IMG/VR virus record: IMGVR_UViG_3300031418_000003
Length of the DNA: 64,000 nucleotides
Direction: 5' to 3' (one strand)
Source: a virus
Taxonomy: Duplodnaviria; Caudoviricetes
Shown: piece by piece, positions 1 through 10,219 of the stretch
Position numbering within the stretch: the stretch's first letter is position 1
Layout: each line of letters begins with the position of its first letter
Notes under the pieces: generated by a model
Databases searched by the model: none
What the model saw: only the letters and a program-made list of their open reading frames with translations
What the model was told of the DNA's origin: nothing
Made by a program: the position numbers and the translations under genes

Positions 1-29
1 AAGGAAGCAAAAATAAATAGAAGAATAAA

Positions 30-57
30 CCCCTACTACCCAATTGGGTAGTAGGGG
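30..57. terminator. Intrinsic terminator hairpin (CTAC/GTAG family)
   Basis: CCCCTACTACCC-aatt-GGGTAGTAGGGG just downstream of the minus-strand ORF 64..2241; A-tract on the + side. Confidence 0.8.
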
Positions 58-63
58 AATAGA

Positions 64-2241
64 TTAGTAACCAGTGTGTGGATTTTGTTTTGGGTTGTGT
101 GCTCCATTAGCGATTACAACACGACGCAGAGATTGAAACTCTTTGAAAGCTTCATCCTGAGTCAACCGCTTAGTGAGATCGCGAATATGATGAAACTGAC
201 GCCCACCGGGTGCATCGGGTAAATCATGACTGAACATAAAACGGGTGAGACCAGGACTCCACGTCATCTTATATTCACAGAAGAATTCACCTTTCACATC
301 GTGAATGATGAAACTCTGGTTAATAACAGCATGAGTGGTCGTTTCGATTTCTGAAACTGTTGGTTTTGGTTCAGGAGTACTATGCGGTGTGCCGTGAGTG
401 GCAATAAACTTAAACAGCTCGGTAAGTTTATTGGATTCTTGAGAACGGGCTTTACCTAACCCAGGATTAATAAATACATTACTTCCTTTCTCAGTTAACT
501 CAATACCCACGACGAGATCAAGCAGGCGTTTTTGATATTCACTGATTTTCTTTCCGTGTACCGGACACTCTGGATTTTTACATTCACCATTCAGTGTTGC
601 CGGATCAACGCCAGTTAGACCTTTGAATGTACCATCCAGTTGTCTGGCGAGTTCTTCAATTTTGTTAAAGTGATCCATACCTGTTTTACGCTGCCCGAGG
701 TTTTCGTTTAAACGAGATTTAAAGGTTGGCGGAATCTCCAACATTTTTACGAGCTGAGTAAAATTAGAGATAGATTGAGTATTACTCAATATCTCCTTAA
801 TAGAAGGTTCTTGTTCCGGTGATTCAACCGGCTTGACTTTGCCGAGATCGACCTTGAACATCGCCGCCAATTCCTGAACCATTGGATCTTCAGGATTACC
901 CTTGATGATCACCCCAGTTCTTTTGTCTTCAGGCAGTTCGTATCTGAAGGAAGGTTTCGGTAGATCTGTGAGACCCAACCCTTTAACATGATGAGAAAGA
1001 ATAGCATTGATGTTTTCTTCTGACTCGTCGCCCGAAACTTTAATTGTTTCATAGGCTTCTGGGTGCGCGGCTTTGATCAATTGCATGTAGAGTGAATCTT
1101 TCACCGGTTCTTCCTCTTCGGTTAAATTTGGGTATTGTGGGAACGAAGGCATTGGATCTTCTTCTTTCTTAACTTCAGTTTTTACAGGGTTAGCGATTTT
1201 ATCAAACATCTCGTCCAGAATCATACCACGCTTACGACGATCGAAGTCATTGAATACAGGGAAGTATTCTGCATCGATGATGATTTCTCGGCACAGGCGT
1301 CGTTGATGCGGGGAACGATGAATCACTGATTTCAGAGTACCAATCTTATCTACGTCACCGGCACGAATTTCGTTGATCAGTTTTAGAATCAACCGAGCTT
1401 CGTTGGCAAAGCGAGATAAAGAATCGTCCCATTTGAATAATGGACCAGTCAAGTGATTAGTTCCCATAAATTGGACATATGGTTCTGCGGGAGGATGCTT
1501 CGATTTCATTTTCTCTAACATTATTGTTGTGACTTCTTTTTGGGTATGTTCCATGAAGCGTTCTTTGATGGTTGCCTTAACCTGATTAAAACGAGCTTGA
1601 TCGATATCCTTAACATACACTAACTGTTTAAAATATTCTTCGCCAAACATTTGTTTTACAAATGCCACCTGAAGGTATGGATACTGATCGAGGATACGAC
1701 CGAGCTTATCGACGTACTTCTCGTAGTGGGTCAGATCTTTAGCAGTGCTTGCTTTTTCACAGTTTTCACAAGCTGCTTTAAACGCGTTCTCCACACTTTT
1801 GTATCCGACATGAAGACCTTTCGATTCAATCCGCAGAGTTAGGTCGATAAAGTAACCTGCTTTGGTCAGGAGACCATCGATAATAGCTGGCCAATCCATA
1901 AGCGAATATTCCTGTTTAGGATCTCGGTTAAAGAGTTCTTTATACAGATCAATGATATCTTCGAACTTCTTAGCTTCAATAAAAGAAGCAATCAGGTCAC
2001 GAACTTTTTCAAATTCATGAATTCCAGTTTTGCTGTCAGTGCACTGCTGAAGATGACCGGATTCTGGAATATTGAAGGTATTCATAATACGGTCAGACAA
2101 CCCGCCTGATTTACCACCATAGTTGGGAAACTCACAACCTTCTCTCAAACCAATTTTAACAATACGTGAAACAACATAGCGCTGAATTAAAGTTACATCT
2201 ACCATAATACATTTCTCCGACATAAAAAGTAAGGGAGTCAA
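64..2241 (-). CDS. Hypothetical protein, 725 aa
   Basis: Long ORF followed by a terminator; no motif recognised; start uncertain. Confidence 0.8.
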   Translation of the reverse strand: MTPLLFMSEKCIMVDVTLIQRYVVSRIVKIGLREGCEFPNYGGKSGGLSDRIMNTFNIPESGHLQQCTDSKTGIHEFEKVRDLIASFIEAKKFEDIIDLYKELFNRDPKQEYSLMDWPAIIDGLLTKAGYFIDLTLRIESKGLHVGYKSVENAFKAACENCEKASTAKDLTHYEKYVDKLGRILDQYPYLQVAFVKQMFGEEYFKQLVYVKDIDQARFNQVKATIKERFMEHTQKEVTTIMLEKMKSKHPPAEPYVQFMGTNHLTGPLFKWDDSLSRFANEARLILKLINEIRAGDVDKIGTLKSVIHRSPHQRRLCREIIIDAEYFPVFNDFDRRKRGMILDEMFDKIANPVKTEVKKEEDPMPSFPQYPNLTEEEEPVKDSLYMQLIKAAHPEAYETIKVSGDESEENINAILSHHVKGLGLTDLPKPSFRYELPEDKRTGVIIKGNPEDPMVQELAAMFKVDLGKVKPVESPEQEPSIKEILSNTQSISNFTQLVKMLEIPPTFKSRLNENLGQRKTGMDHFNKIEELARQLDGTFKGLTGVDPATLNGECKNPECPVHGKKISEYQKRLLDLVVGIELTEKGSNVFINPGLGKARSQESNKLTELFKFIATHGTPHSTPEPKPTVSEIETTTHAVINQSFIIHDVKGEFFCEYKMTWSPGLTRFMFSHDLPDAPGGRQFHHIRDLTKRLTQDEAFKEFQSLRRVVIANGAHNPKQNPHTGY

Positions 2242-2260
2242 TGACTCCCTATGAATTAGT

Positions 2261-2755
2261 TTATTGACCGACGTGCTTATTCATTAAGAACTGAAGCGGG
2301 GACTTGGTATTTTCCAACCCATGCTTGTCATTAATGTAACAACAGACCATATGGATGCGTTCTTCTGTTTCCATAAAAAGTCCATCAACTTTGCAAAAGT
2401 GCATGGTCAGGTTTTTGGTGTGCTGAAGGTCAACATCAACCAACTTGCAATTTTTCAAATACGGGTTATTCAGCTGAACATTTTTGAGATGGACCCCGCC
2501 TTCTAAAATAGGGGCATCGTTATCGGCAAATGTGATGACATTATCCGTACCGATAAGTGTAAGAGTGAGACGGCTGTTATCGATGCTAGCCTGGATATCA
2601 TTGGCGAGTTCGACCAGGGGATTTAGAGTGCTGTCATCGAGATTATCGATATATGCCTGAGATGGACGATGAATAATGCGAAGTGTTGCAAGTCCATCAT
2701 TGCGTTCAATGATCAGTTGATTGTTTTCAAGTTTGGTAGCATAGGTAGCTGTCAT
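2261..2755 (-). CDS. Hypothetical protein, paralogue of 3299..3745
   Basis: ORF in operon; alignable by eye with 3299..3745. Confidence 0.75.
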   Translation of the reverse strand: MTATYATKLENNQLIIERNDGLATLRIIHRPSQAYIDNLDDSTLNPLVELANDIQASIDNSRLTLTLIGTDNVITFADNDAPILEGGVHLKNVQLNNPYLKNCKLVDVDLQHTKNLTMHFCKVDGLFMETEERIHMVCCYINDKHGLENTKSPLQFLMNKHVGQ

Positions 2756-2786
2756 GGTGATATTCTCTAAAGTAAGTAGATAAAAG

Positions 2787-2810
2787 TAACCCTCCAGTGA
2801 CGGAGGGTTA
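2787..2810. terminator. Terminator hairpin
   Basis: TAACCCTCC-agtgac-GGAGGGTTA in intergenic gap. Confidence 0.65.
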
Positions 2811-2831
2811 CAGTTCAGGGTTTGTTACAAA

Positions 2832-3290
2832 TTAACCTGCGATAACAGGTGCGGCAAAGCGATGCAGTTCAGACAGCATGCGCTCTACACGTTTGTGGAT
2901 ACGTTGCTCTTGTACTGACTCGACGGTAAAGTCGACGACATGATGTTCAACCACATAACTTGATTGTGGATCAGTAAGCCACAATCCCATACGTAGGCTA
3001 TACATATCGTCACCGATCGGAATCAGCGTCAGGCGAACCACAATCGGTTTGTTGATCTGAAGCAGATCCAGTGTCTGACTGATCTTGAGTTCTTTATGCA
3101 GTGAACTCAGTTTGATCTTGCCGTCTTCCAGACCTTCCAGACCCAATGCCGAGCTTTCACCGATCAGGGTACGCAGTTGGTTACTCACTGCATTACGCAC
3201 GGTGCCAAAAGGGGCCGCTACAAGTTCAGCCACATCGGTGGTATTCAGTTCAGGTAACAGAAGGGTAAGACGTTGTTGCAAGTTAAGCAT
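2832..3290 (-). CDS. Hypothetical protein
   Basis: ORF with GAGG RBS, tightly packed. Confidence 0.75.
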   Translation of the reverse strand: MLNLQQRLTLLLPELNTTDVAELVAAPFGTVRNAVSNQLRTLIGESSALGLEGLEDGKIKLSSLHKELKISQTLDLLQINKPIVVRLTLIPIGDDMYSLRMGLWLTDPQSSYVVEHHVVDFTVESVQEQRIHKRVERMLSELHRFAAPVIAG

Positions 3291-3298
3291 GACTACCT

Positions 3299-3745
3299 CT
3301 ATACAGGTTGGTTACGATAATAGGACATGTGGTTATAAGAAACCCTTTTTGGTAAAGTATCGTAATTGCATTCATCGAACGATACCATACCAAACTGCGT
3401 GATACCCATAAATGCCAGGGTAGAATTACGGATGTTACATCTCGGCTTCAATGACAGGAGATGTAGATTTCCATTTTCAATCTGGGGGTCATACAAATGG
3501 CAAGAACTTAACGCCACCTTTCCCTTCAGTAAAAATCCCTTTTGTTCAAGTATAGTGTTATACCCAAACAAACGCAAATCGAGTTCACCGGAATTAACTG
3601 CGGTTTCCAGGTCATTCCAAGCTTCATAGGCCGGGCTGATCTCCGGCTTACCAAAAGGTTTGAATGAGATATGCAGAGACCCACCGTTCTCTGAATCGTG
3701 AACTACCAATACGCCTTTCTCAATAGCAAATTGCAGTCTCTGCAT
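3299..3745 (-). CDS. Hypothetical protein, paralogue of 2261..2755
   Basis: ORF with GAGG RBS. Confidence 0.75.
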   Translation of the reverse strand: MQRLQFAIEKGVLVVHDSENGGSLHISFKPFGKPEISPAYEAWNDLETAVNSGELDLRLFGYNTILEQKGFLLKGKVALSSCHLYDPQIENGNLHLLSLKPRCNIRNSTLAFMGITQFGMVSFDECNYDTLPKRVSYNHMSYYRNQPV

Positions 3746-3756
3746 AATAACCTCAT

Positions 3757-4005
3757 CTACTCTTGGTCAGCATAACGTTGTTTGTTACGCACATCAGAAA
3801 AGAGCTCACCGTGATTCTTACGGGGCTTATTACAACACCACCCATCACAACGCTTAGGGGTAGTAGCAACTTTGCCGATAACGCGTTTATCGGTTTGGGT
3901 TCCCACTTCTCTCCCAATCAGGGTATAACCTGCCGAATAATACCGGGTACAGTTCTTTTTCTTCAGTGCGAGTTTATAACGACGGTAAGCACGAGTACGA
4001 GCCAT
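3757..4005 (-). CDS. Small basic Cys-containing protein (MARTRAYRR...CDGWCCNKPRK)
   Basis: Second Met of ORF 3757..4038 chosen as start. Confidence 0.7.
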   Translation of the reverse strand: MARTRAYRRYKLALKKKNCTRYYSAGYTLIGREVGTQTDKRVIGKVATTPKRCDGWCCNKPRKNHGELFSDVRNKQRYADQE

Positions 4006-4089
4006 AATAAATATTCCGAAACACGGGAGCGACAACATGCCGCCCCCTTCTTAGTTTTTCGGAATGGCGGGCTGATCTCAGCTTTTTAA

Positions 4090-4410
4090 TCATGAATGAA
4101 CACCGACCTTACGTTTGTAGTCAGCAATGAATCGGGGATTGGTATTGATAGAATACGACGCCCCACGTTTATCAACAATCACCCGATTAACGGAGACATC
4201 ATTGATCTTGACTTCCAGGATGATCTTGGAACGATCGCGATTGAAACCCCAGATTTTGGTTCCCACCAGAACATCTGCTTTTGGTGTTTTGGTGGCAGTG
4301 CTTTCGCCTAAAACGATCAGGTCTTTGTTGGCTAATTCAGTAATGGCGTTCTCGATCAAATGAGTGATCGACTCATTGGTGACGCTTGAGTGCAGGTAAG
4401 CTTTTTGCAT
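4090..4410 (-). CDS. Hypothetical protein
   Basis: Start MQKAY overlaps the upstream stop (TAATG coupling). Confidence 0.7.
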   Translation of the reverse strand: MQKAYLHSSVTNESITHLIENAITELANKDLIVLGESTATKTPKADVLVGTKIWGFNRDRSKIILEVKINDVSVNRVIVDKRGASYSINTNPRFIADYKRKVGVHS

Positions 4411-5153
4411 TAGTTCAGAGTCCAACTAAAGTCTTTCTCGATATAGCCGAGAGCGATGAGTGAAATGATGCCCAGATCGATATAACGCTGACAGATATCA
4501 ACGTTCTTGTTGTTGGGATCTGGACGTTGTGGCATTGCATTGAAGCTCACATTGCGTTTTACAACGTGAAGCTCACCGTGATTGAAATCATCAGGAACCA
4601 ACACGTCTACCCCGTAACCGGTTTCATCCCATGTTGCATAGATCATGCCATTGAAATGATCTTTGATCGCTTCAAAGTTGCTTTCGTGATTCCACAACGA
4701 GATGCGGTCACGCAGACCATGATGATACCAACTTGACGCCATTCCGCCAACGATATGTTCCAGAAAATGAGCACCAACCATTTCAACGACAGGCATCTGC
4801 ATCGTCTCTTCGATATCGCGATCAAAGTCTTCTTCCTGGAAAGTAATCGCGTAAGGACGACCATGTAGGAATGTGGTTGCTGTGGCAAAAGGACGTTTGC
4901 GGTAAGCTTCCATGTCGCGAATACCGCGAAGTGCATTTGCGCCAGCAAGTTCGTCGAGTGGGTTCTTTTTGAATAAGAACTCGAAATCAACAGACTCACC
5001 GGTTTTATTATCGGTAACCAGTGTATACCTTTTGCTGTTACCCATGACACCGCTGCCTTTGTTCAGGCCATCACGAATAACATCTTTGATCATGTCAGAG
5101 ATTTCAACTTGAAGTATCATTGCCTGACGTCTCGTATAATGCGTTTGACTCAT
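4410..5153 (-). CDS. Hypothetical protein
   Basis: Translationally coupled ORF. Confidence 0.75.
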   Translation of the reverse strand: MSQTHYTRRQAMILQVEISDMIKDVIRDGLNKGSGVMGNSKRYTLVTDNKTGESVDFEFLFKKNPLDELAGANALRGIRDMEAYRKRPFATATTFLHGRPYAITFQEEDFDRDIEETMQMPVVEMVGAHFLEHIVGGMASSWYHHGLRDRISLWNHESNFEAIKDHFNGMIYATWDETGYGVDVLVPDDFNHGELHVVKRNVSFNAMPQRPDPNNKNVDICQRYIDLGIISLIALGYIEKDFSWTLN

Positions 5154-5470
5154 TTGATTTCCTTAATGCGAAGTTTCATGAAGGCTTCTGTTATTTCGTT
5201 GACCAAACCCTTATCTAACGTTTGGCTTGATAAAGAAGCACAGGAAAGAATAGAGATGGGGATTACCTTATCATTGATGGATCCCAGTACCTCTATTCGA
5301 CTGTCGTTATAGAGTGGCAGCAGTCCATTACTGTATAACGTGATTGTGTAGTTGTCATCGAGTTTGCCTCGCTTAAAGAAGCTTCGCTCTTCTTCACCCT
5401 TCACAACCTTGGTCAATACAATAGTAACGAACTGCTCCACCCTTGAGCGGAGCTTTTTCGGAACCGCCAT
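5150..5470 (-). CDS. Hypothetical protein
   Basis: Coupled ORF. Confidence 0.7.
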   Translation of the reverse strand: MAVPKKLRSRVEQFVTIVLTKVVKGEEERSFFKRGKLDDNYTITLYSNGLLPLYNDSRIEVLGSINDKVIPISILSCASLSSQTLDKGLVNEITEAFMKLRIKEIK

Positions 5471-6264
5471 TAATAGCCTTGAAGTCCAGTGTCATACGGA
5501 CCATTGATTTGAGGACGCATCCCGGTAGGGTCGAATACCCCAAATTGACCAAATCCAGGCGACTGTCTTTTCATATAAGAATGAGTTCGAGTATCATCAA
5601 AGTAGTAAGCAACTTTATCCCCATCTTTGACATAGAGAATGCCGTTAAGGATAGCCGATTCAATAGAGACATCCACTGTACGAGGAGGATATTCAATACT
5701 ACCAGCAATACCTAACGCTAAGTTAGCCGCTAAGCTGACTTGCTGGTTAAGAACGTTAGAATTGGTACTAAATAATGAATAGACCAGTTCTTCCCCTTTA
5801 GTGATACTGATGTTCGATTCAGATCGAGCAAAACGAACGTCACCAGGAAGAGTTACAGAGAACCCCAAAGATGAACGACGTTCTGACATGGCGAAAGGAT
5901 TCGTCAGTGAACGGTTTGCGATATCGTACTGGACCATCTTTGTCAGATCGTTCATATCGATTCTTTCCTGATTAGGACCCAGTGTACCAGCCAATGTGAC
6001 ATAAAGCATGTTGAATGAATCACTGTTGCTAATTGATCCGGCATCAAGACCAGTACCTAGAACCATTTTACCATAAGTAATGGTGGCAGTTTTGCGTGGT
6101 GTGGCATAATAGGAAGCCAAGTCAACTTTTGATTTGACGGATACCTTCAGCTCTACACCATCAACAATGATAGAGCCCTCTCCATCATCACCTAAAGTAG
6201 AAATGATGGTTTTGGTGGTTTCAACGATTTCTTTAATCAGTTCCAGGGTAAAAGTCTTTTTCAT
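5470..6264 (-). CDS. Hypothetical protein
   Basis: ORF with AAGGA RBS. Confidence 0.78.
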   Translation of the reverse strand: MKKTFTLELIKEIVETTKTIISTLGDDGEGSIIVDGVELKVSVKSKVDLASYYATPRKTATITYGKMVLGTGLDAGSISNSDSFNMLYVTLAGTLGPNQERIDMNDLTKMVQYDIANRSLTNPFAMSERRSSLGFSVTLPGDVRFARSESNISITKGEELVYSLFSTNSNVLNQQVSLAANLALGIAGSIEYPPRTVDVSIESAILNGILYVKDGDKVAYYFDDTRTHSYMKRQSPGFGQFGVFDPTGMRPQINGPYDTGLQGY

Positions 6265-6297
6265 GATGGATCCTTACTAAAGTTAAAAGAGGGTTAA

Positions 6298-6852
6298 TTA
6301 AATAGCAACGTCATGGGTGATCAAGTCGGCCATGAGATAGTCAGAAAACAATTCCAGCGTACGGTGCTGTAAATCAGAAGAAGAGGTCATCACCTGAGGA
6401 TTAATGGACATATCTTGATTCACAGCTTCTTCCAGTGCATAGAGACTGTTATTTGGATTAGCAGTTTGTGAGATCATTAAACGACGAGAATCCACATCGC
6501 AATGAAACTTCACAGTTAAGCCAATAACGGAGTCATAAGCGATGTTAGTGGTTATACCGTTGAACATGTCCTGAATGTTATCAACTTCATCCGCTTTCTC
6601 AATACTGAGTCTAATCAGTAGATTAGCGATATCTCGGCGAGTCTGAGATCGGGATTCAGAGATTGATCCAAGACTACCTTCGAAATAGAAATCGTTGAAA
6701 AGCCAATGTGAAACGAAAGTGTCTCGAACAAAGATGATGATGAGTTCATCACCCAAATCGTGTTCGAGTACGTGCCGACCATTATCGATATTACTCAAAG
6801 AAGCTTTCAAAAGAACTTCAATTTTTTCCACTAACTCACTATTCAGTAGCAT
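6298..6852 (-). CDS. Hypothetical protein
   Basis: ORF with AGGA RBS. Confidence 0.75.
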   Translation of the reverse strand: MLLNSELVEKIEVLLKASLSNIDNGRHVLEHDLGDELIIIFVRDTFVSHWLFNDFYFEGSLGSISESRSQTRRDIANLLIRLSIEKADEVDNIQDMFNGITTNIAYDSVIGLTVKFHCDVDSRRLMISQTANPNNSLYALEEAVNQDMSINPQVMTSSSDLQHRTLELFSDYLMADLITHDVAI

Positions 6853-6861
6853 AACAAATCC

Positions 6862-7422
6862 TTAAATAACAAACGGTTTAAAATCAGCATCAACCATATC
6901 TGTAGTAATGGTCTTAGGAATACACAGCGCTGGAGACACTGGGAAGTCATTGTTTCTGATATCAAGTAACTTCACTTGATTACCACGATGATCAAAGAGA
7001 GTGATGTCGTCAGCTTTCAAGTCAACAGTATATCCACCCGGTAACTGCAATTTGACTTCTTGTACATGCCGATTACTCACTGCACTGATTAGTTTCATCA
7101 GAGAGAAGTCGCCGATTAATGCGTTATCATATAAAGATTCCACAATGCGATGTACTAAGTCTTCGTGCAGAAATTCATTATCGTGCACAAAACTATAAAG
7201 ACTTGTTTTGGTGAGTTTATCACGGTAAACAATGCAATTAGCAACTCTTGCAATAATAACCAATTTATCTTCAAGTCCGGCTTTCAGTTCCACTTCTACA
7301 TCTACGCCGCCAGTCAGCAGAATAGGATGGTTGCCCTTTTTAGTTTCCGGTGTGACGGTAGTCAGGAAACTGGCAATAGAGCGAGCAGCTTGTTCAACAA
7401 TCAGTTTAGTGATAACGGTCAT
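6862..7422 (-). CDS. Hypothetical protein
   Basis: First ORF after a promoter motif; AAGGA RBS. Confidence 0.75.
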   Translation of the reverse strand: MTVITKLIVEQAARSIASFLTTVTPETKKGNHPILLTGGVDVEVELKAGLEDKLVIIARVANCIVYRDKLTKTSLYSFVHDNEFLHEDLVHRIVESLYDNALIGDFSLMKLISAVSNRHVQEVKLQLPGGYTVDLKADDITLFDHRGNQVKLLDIRNNDFPVSPALCIPKTITTDMVDADFKPFVI

Positions 7423-7467
7423 GGTGCGAGTTCCTTGGGTTGAAAAGGTTTGAGTTTATACATAGTA

Positions 7468-7482
7468 ATAATGTCGGACTAA
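7468..7482 (-). promoter_or_regulatory. Phage promoter motif TNAG-N3-KAYATTAT
   Basis: TTAGTCCGACATTAT on the minus strand; one of 8 copies upstream of leftward gene blocks. Confidence 0.7.
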
Positions 7483-7519
7483 AAAGATATGCAAATGAAA
7501 AAAATTAAAAGGCAATAAA

Positions 7520-7547
7520 CCTCTACTACCCAGTTGGGTAGTAGAGG
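7520..7547. terminator. Terminator hairpin (CTAC/GTAG family)
   Basis: CCTCTACTACCC-agtt-GGGTAGTAGAGG; near-identical to 30..57. Confidence 0.8.
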
Positions 7548-7556
7548 ACAGGAAGA

Positions 7557-7913
7557 TTAAATGCTGTTAAATTCCTGAAAAACAATACTGGCCATATCTT
7601 CTACTGCTTCATCGGTAAGGCATTCCCCGACATCTTCAGCAGTGATGTCAGATAGCTTCTTGCCGTTGAAAGGAAAGGGATATATGACGTTGAAGTTTTC
7701 CAGATAGGAAAAATGGATGACCACTTTGTCTTGATCATCATAAACCTGAATGATCATTTTAGGGCCGTCACGAAAGCGCATGGCCGGATGAAAATTATTA
7801 GGGTCATGGATGTTCTTGAGATTTCTAACCAGTGGCTCTAAATATTTCCGCAGTTCTTGTTCGGTAATTCGTTCATTACCTTCTTCAGGTAGGTTATCTT
7901 TGATGCGCTGCAT
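7557..7913 (-). CDS. Hypothetical protein
   Basis: ORF with GAGG RBS. Confidence 0.72.
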   Translation of the reverse strand: MQRIKDNLPEEGNERITEQELRKYLEPLVRNLKNIHDPNNFHPAMRFRDGPKMIIQVYDDQDKVVIHFSYLENFNVIYPFPFNGKKLSDITAEDVGECLTDEAVEDMASIVFQEFNSI

Positions 7914-7922
7914 TTTTGACCT

Positions 7923-8363
7923 CTACAATAATGATCGGAAAGGAACGTTCCAGATCGGAACACGTTGAAGTCCCAACTTCTTATATTGGATAGCATAACA
8001 CTCTATCTCTTTAAACTTCATGGGACCTTTTGGTTTACTGGCATCAAGAGGAACACCACCCAGGTAAGGTTTAATGGTAACACTACCGTAGTTGTATTTG
8101 ATTCTAAACATCGCACTTTTGAGTATCCCGTTTTCATCGAGATACCGCAGACGCGTAAAGTTGGTTTTCTTGAGATACCGAAGTTCTTGGATATCCCCGA
8201 TAAGAAACTTTCTCAAATACTTGGTGAACTTCTTTTGTTGCCGCTGACGGTGAGCAATCTTGACATCCCACCACTTTCTTTTAAACCAGTTAGGATTAAT
8301 GATGCGAGTTCCTCCAACTTCATAGAGGAACTCATCGATGTTACTGCTGTTGATCTCTTTCAT
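7923..8363 (-). CDS. Hypothetical basic protein
   Basis: Start at MKEINSS chosen within ORF 7923..8396. Confidence 0.68.
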   Translation of the reverse strand: MKEINSSNIDEFLYEVGGTRIINPNWFKRKWWDVKIAHRQRQQKKFTKYLRKFLIGDIQELRYLKKTNFTRLRYLDENGILKSAMFRIKYNYGSVTIKPYLGGVPLDASKPKGPMKFKEIECYAIQYKKLGLQRVPIWNVPFRSLL

Positions 8364-9168
8364 GATCTTTGGCGTCCAACACCTTAGCCGTTGCAATTAC
8401 CTGGGACAAGAAAACGTCAGGATTAATTTCTGCGCGTTTGGCAATAAACTTGATCTGACCTTCCTGTACATATCTTATCTCTTCAAAATAACGGGACAAG
8501 CTACGTTTACCATTACACCCAAACAAGAAGATAAGTTCATCTTCAGTAACAGCGTAAGTTTCTTTTAGTAACTCAACAACGATGTTTATATTATATCCGT
8601 GGTGAACAGTACCAGGCTTAATCTCCATTTGTTTTCTCATGAAAACAATGAGTTTATCCACGGTGTCAGTTTCCTCTCCACTACAAATAAGATCCATATC
8701 TTTGTTGAACTGAGCGGTTACTATCTTTTTCAGGTATCGTTCACCGATGACTTTTATCTTGGCATCTGGAAATTTCAGAAGCTTGGCAAAATCATCACCC
8801 ATTGTCTCAGAGACAGCAGATTCAATATTTCTCCAAATATACTCAATACTGGTTAGAGAGACAATTCTCTCTCGCCAGTCTGGATACTGTTGAAGATAAA
8901 GACGATAACTACCTTGTTTAAACCAGAAGAGAATCTTGGCCACATCTTCGAATAACCATCCTTCTTTTGGGATTAAGATCCGATGCACGCCGGCCAACAT
9001 TTCATTGACATTTTGAGCGATTCCAGTATCGAATGTTTGTCTTTCAGCAAGACTGAGTTGGTCTAAAATAGGATCTCCCTTGACTTTAGTAACAAAGTCA
9101 GAACGGTAATCGCCCGATGGAGTACGGGTGGTGTCGTAATCAACTTGAATATTTAAAGATCCTTTCAT
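8341..9168 (-). CDS. Hypothetical protein
   Basis: Coupled ORF, 275 aa. Confidence 0.75.
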   Translation of the reverse strand: MKGSLNIQVDYDTTRTPSGDYRSDFVTKVKGDPILDQLSLAERQTFDTGIAQNVNEMLAGVHRILIPKEGWLFEDVAKILFWFKQGSYRLYLQQYPDWRERIVSLTSIEYIWRNIESAVSETMGDDFAKLLKFPDAKIKVIGERYLKKIVTAQFNKDMDLICSGEETDTVDKLIVFMRKQMEIKPGTVHHGYNINIVVELLKETYAVTEDELIFLFGCNGKRSLSRYFEEIRYVQEGQIKFIAKRAEINPDVFLSQVIATAKVLDAKDHERDQQQ

Positions 9169-10067
9169 TATTCACCCGCTAATTCATCAAGTTGGTCGAT
9201 CATAAGTGTATGCCAATCGAGAAACATAGTGCGTTCCGTAGAGAAGTAAAACCCAACCATTCCCACCTTTATAACAACAAACTTACCACGTGCCCCGTCT
9301 TCCATGGTTGCTTTGACATTAGGGTATTCTGGGAAATCAAGAATAATTCCCATGCCGAATGTTCCATCAACAATACGATCTTTGACTTGACGAATGACGC
9401 GAGCGAACATTGCCTCATTATCCTGAATGTACTTCAAAACGTTTACCGTTATGAGCTTTTGATCGGTATTTTCAGGGAACTCAATCCACCAATCACTTGG
9501 CTTTCTCAGCATCAATGATTTATGAGAAAATAATACATCGGCTGAATTCTCTTGAGATTGAGAAGCAAGTGCATCAACTGTAGTTTTCATTTGGCTAGCA
9601 ATAACCAACTTGTCACCACTCACTGTGGTTTCAGTACCAAATACCTGGTCTACACCAACATCCCGGTTATCGGAAATAGTAACTCGATAACCACCTAATA
9701 CTTTATGTTCTTCAAAGTTGAAGAAGATATCGTGATGGTGGGCATTCAAAGAACCCAGGTCATCCCAGTACAGTGCGATGTAAACACGGTTATAGCGAAT
9801 ACCGTCTAACCGATCACGTTGTACTCGACCACCAATAGACTTAACATCTTTGTCGATATATGAACTAAAGACATCTACCAACGGCGGCGGGATGATAACG
9901 ACCTGGATATCGCTCTGGTAGAACAGTTCGCTAACGACTGAGTTAATGGAGGTCACAGAAGCCATCCCCGGCAACTGAATACCAATGATCCCCTGAGCAA
10001 TCGGACTCTGTTTGAGATGGTGCTCGATGATTGGATTAATCGTTAAAGATATAGTTTTGGTTTGCAT
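9168..10067 (-). CDS. Hypothetical protein
   Basis: ORF, 299 aa. Confidence 0.75.
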   Translation of the reverse strand: MQTKTISLTINPIIEHHLKQSPIAQGIIGIQLPGMASVTSINSVVSELFYQSDIQVVIIPPPLVDVFSSYIDKDVKSIGGRVQRDRLDGIRYNRVYIALYWDDLGSLNAHHHDIFFNFEEHKVLGGYRVTISDNRDVGVDQVFGTETTVSGDKLVIASQMKTTVDALASQSQENSADVLFSHKSLMLRKPSDWWIEFPENTDQKLITVNVLKYIQDNEAMFARVIRQVKDRIVDGTFGMGIILDFPEYPNVKATMEDGARGKFVVIKVGMVGFYFSTERTMFLDWHTLMIDQLDELAGE

Positions 10068-10069
10068 GA

Positions 10070-10219
10070 TTAATGTACCAGAGTAGAGAGATAGTCGATA
10101 AAGATTGGACCTTCCTGAGATACGGGAGGTCGACCGGTCATTGGTGGAGCTTTCGGAGTGATGATCGTAATGTTGAGATCTTTGGTCATTTCACGAACGC
10201 GCTGATACAAATTTTTCAT
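10070..10219 (-). CDS. 49-aa protein missed by the ORF track (MKNLYQRVREMTKDLNITIITPKAPPMTGRPPVSQEGPIFIDYLSTLVH)
   Basis: Fills the gap exactly; start overlaps the stop of the upstream ORF. Confidence 0.65.
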   Translation of the reverse strand: MKNLYQRVREMTKDLNITIITPKAPPMTGRPPVSQEGPIFIDYLSTLVH

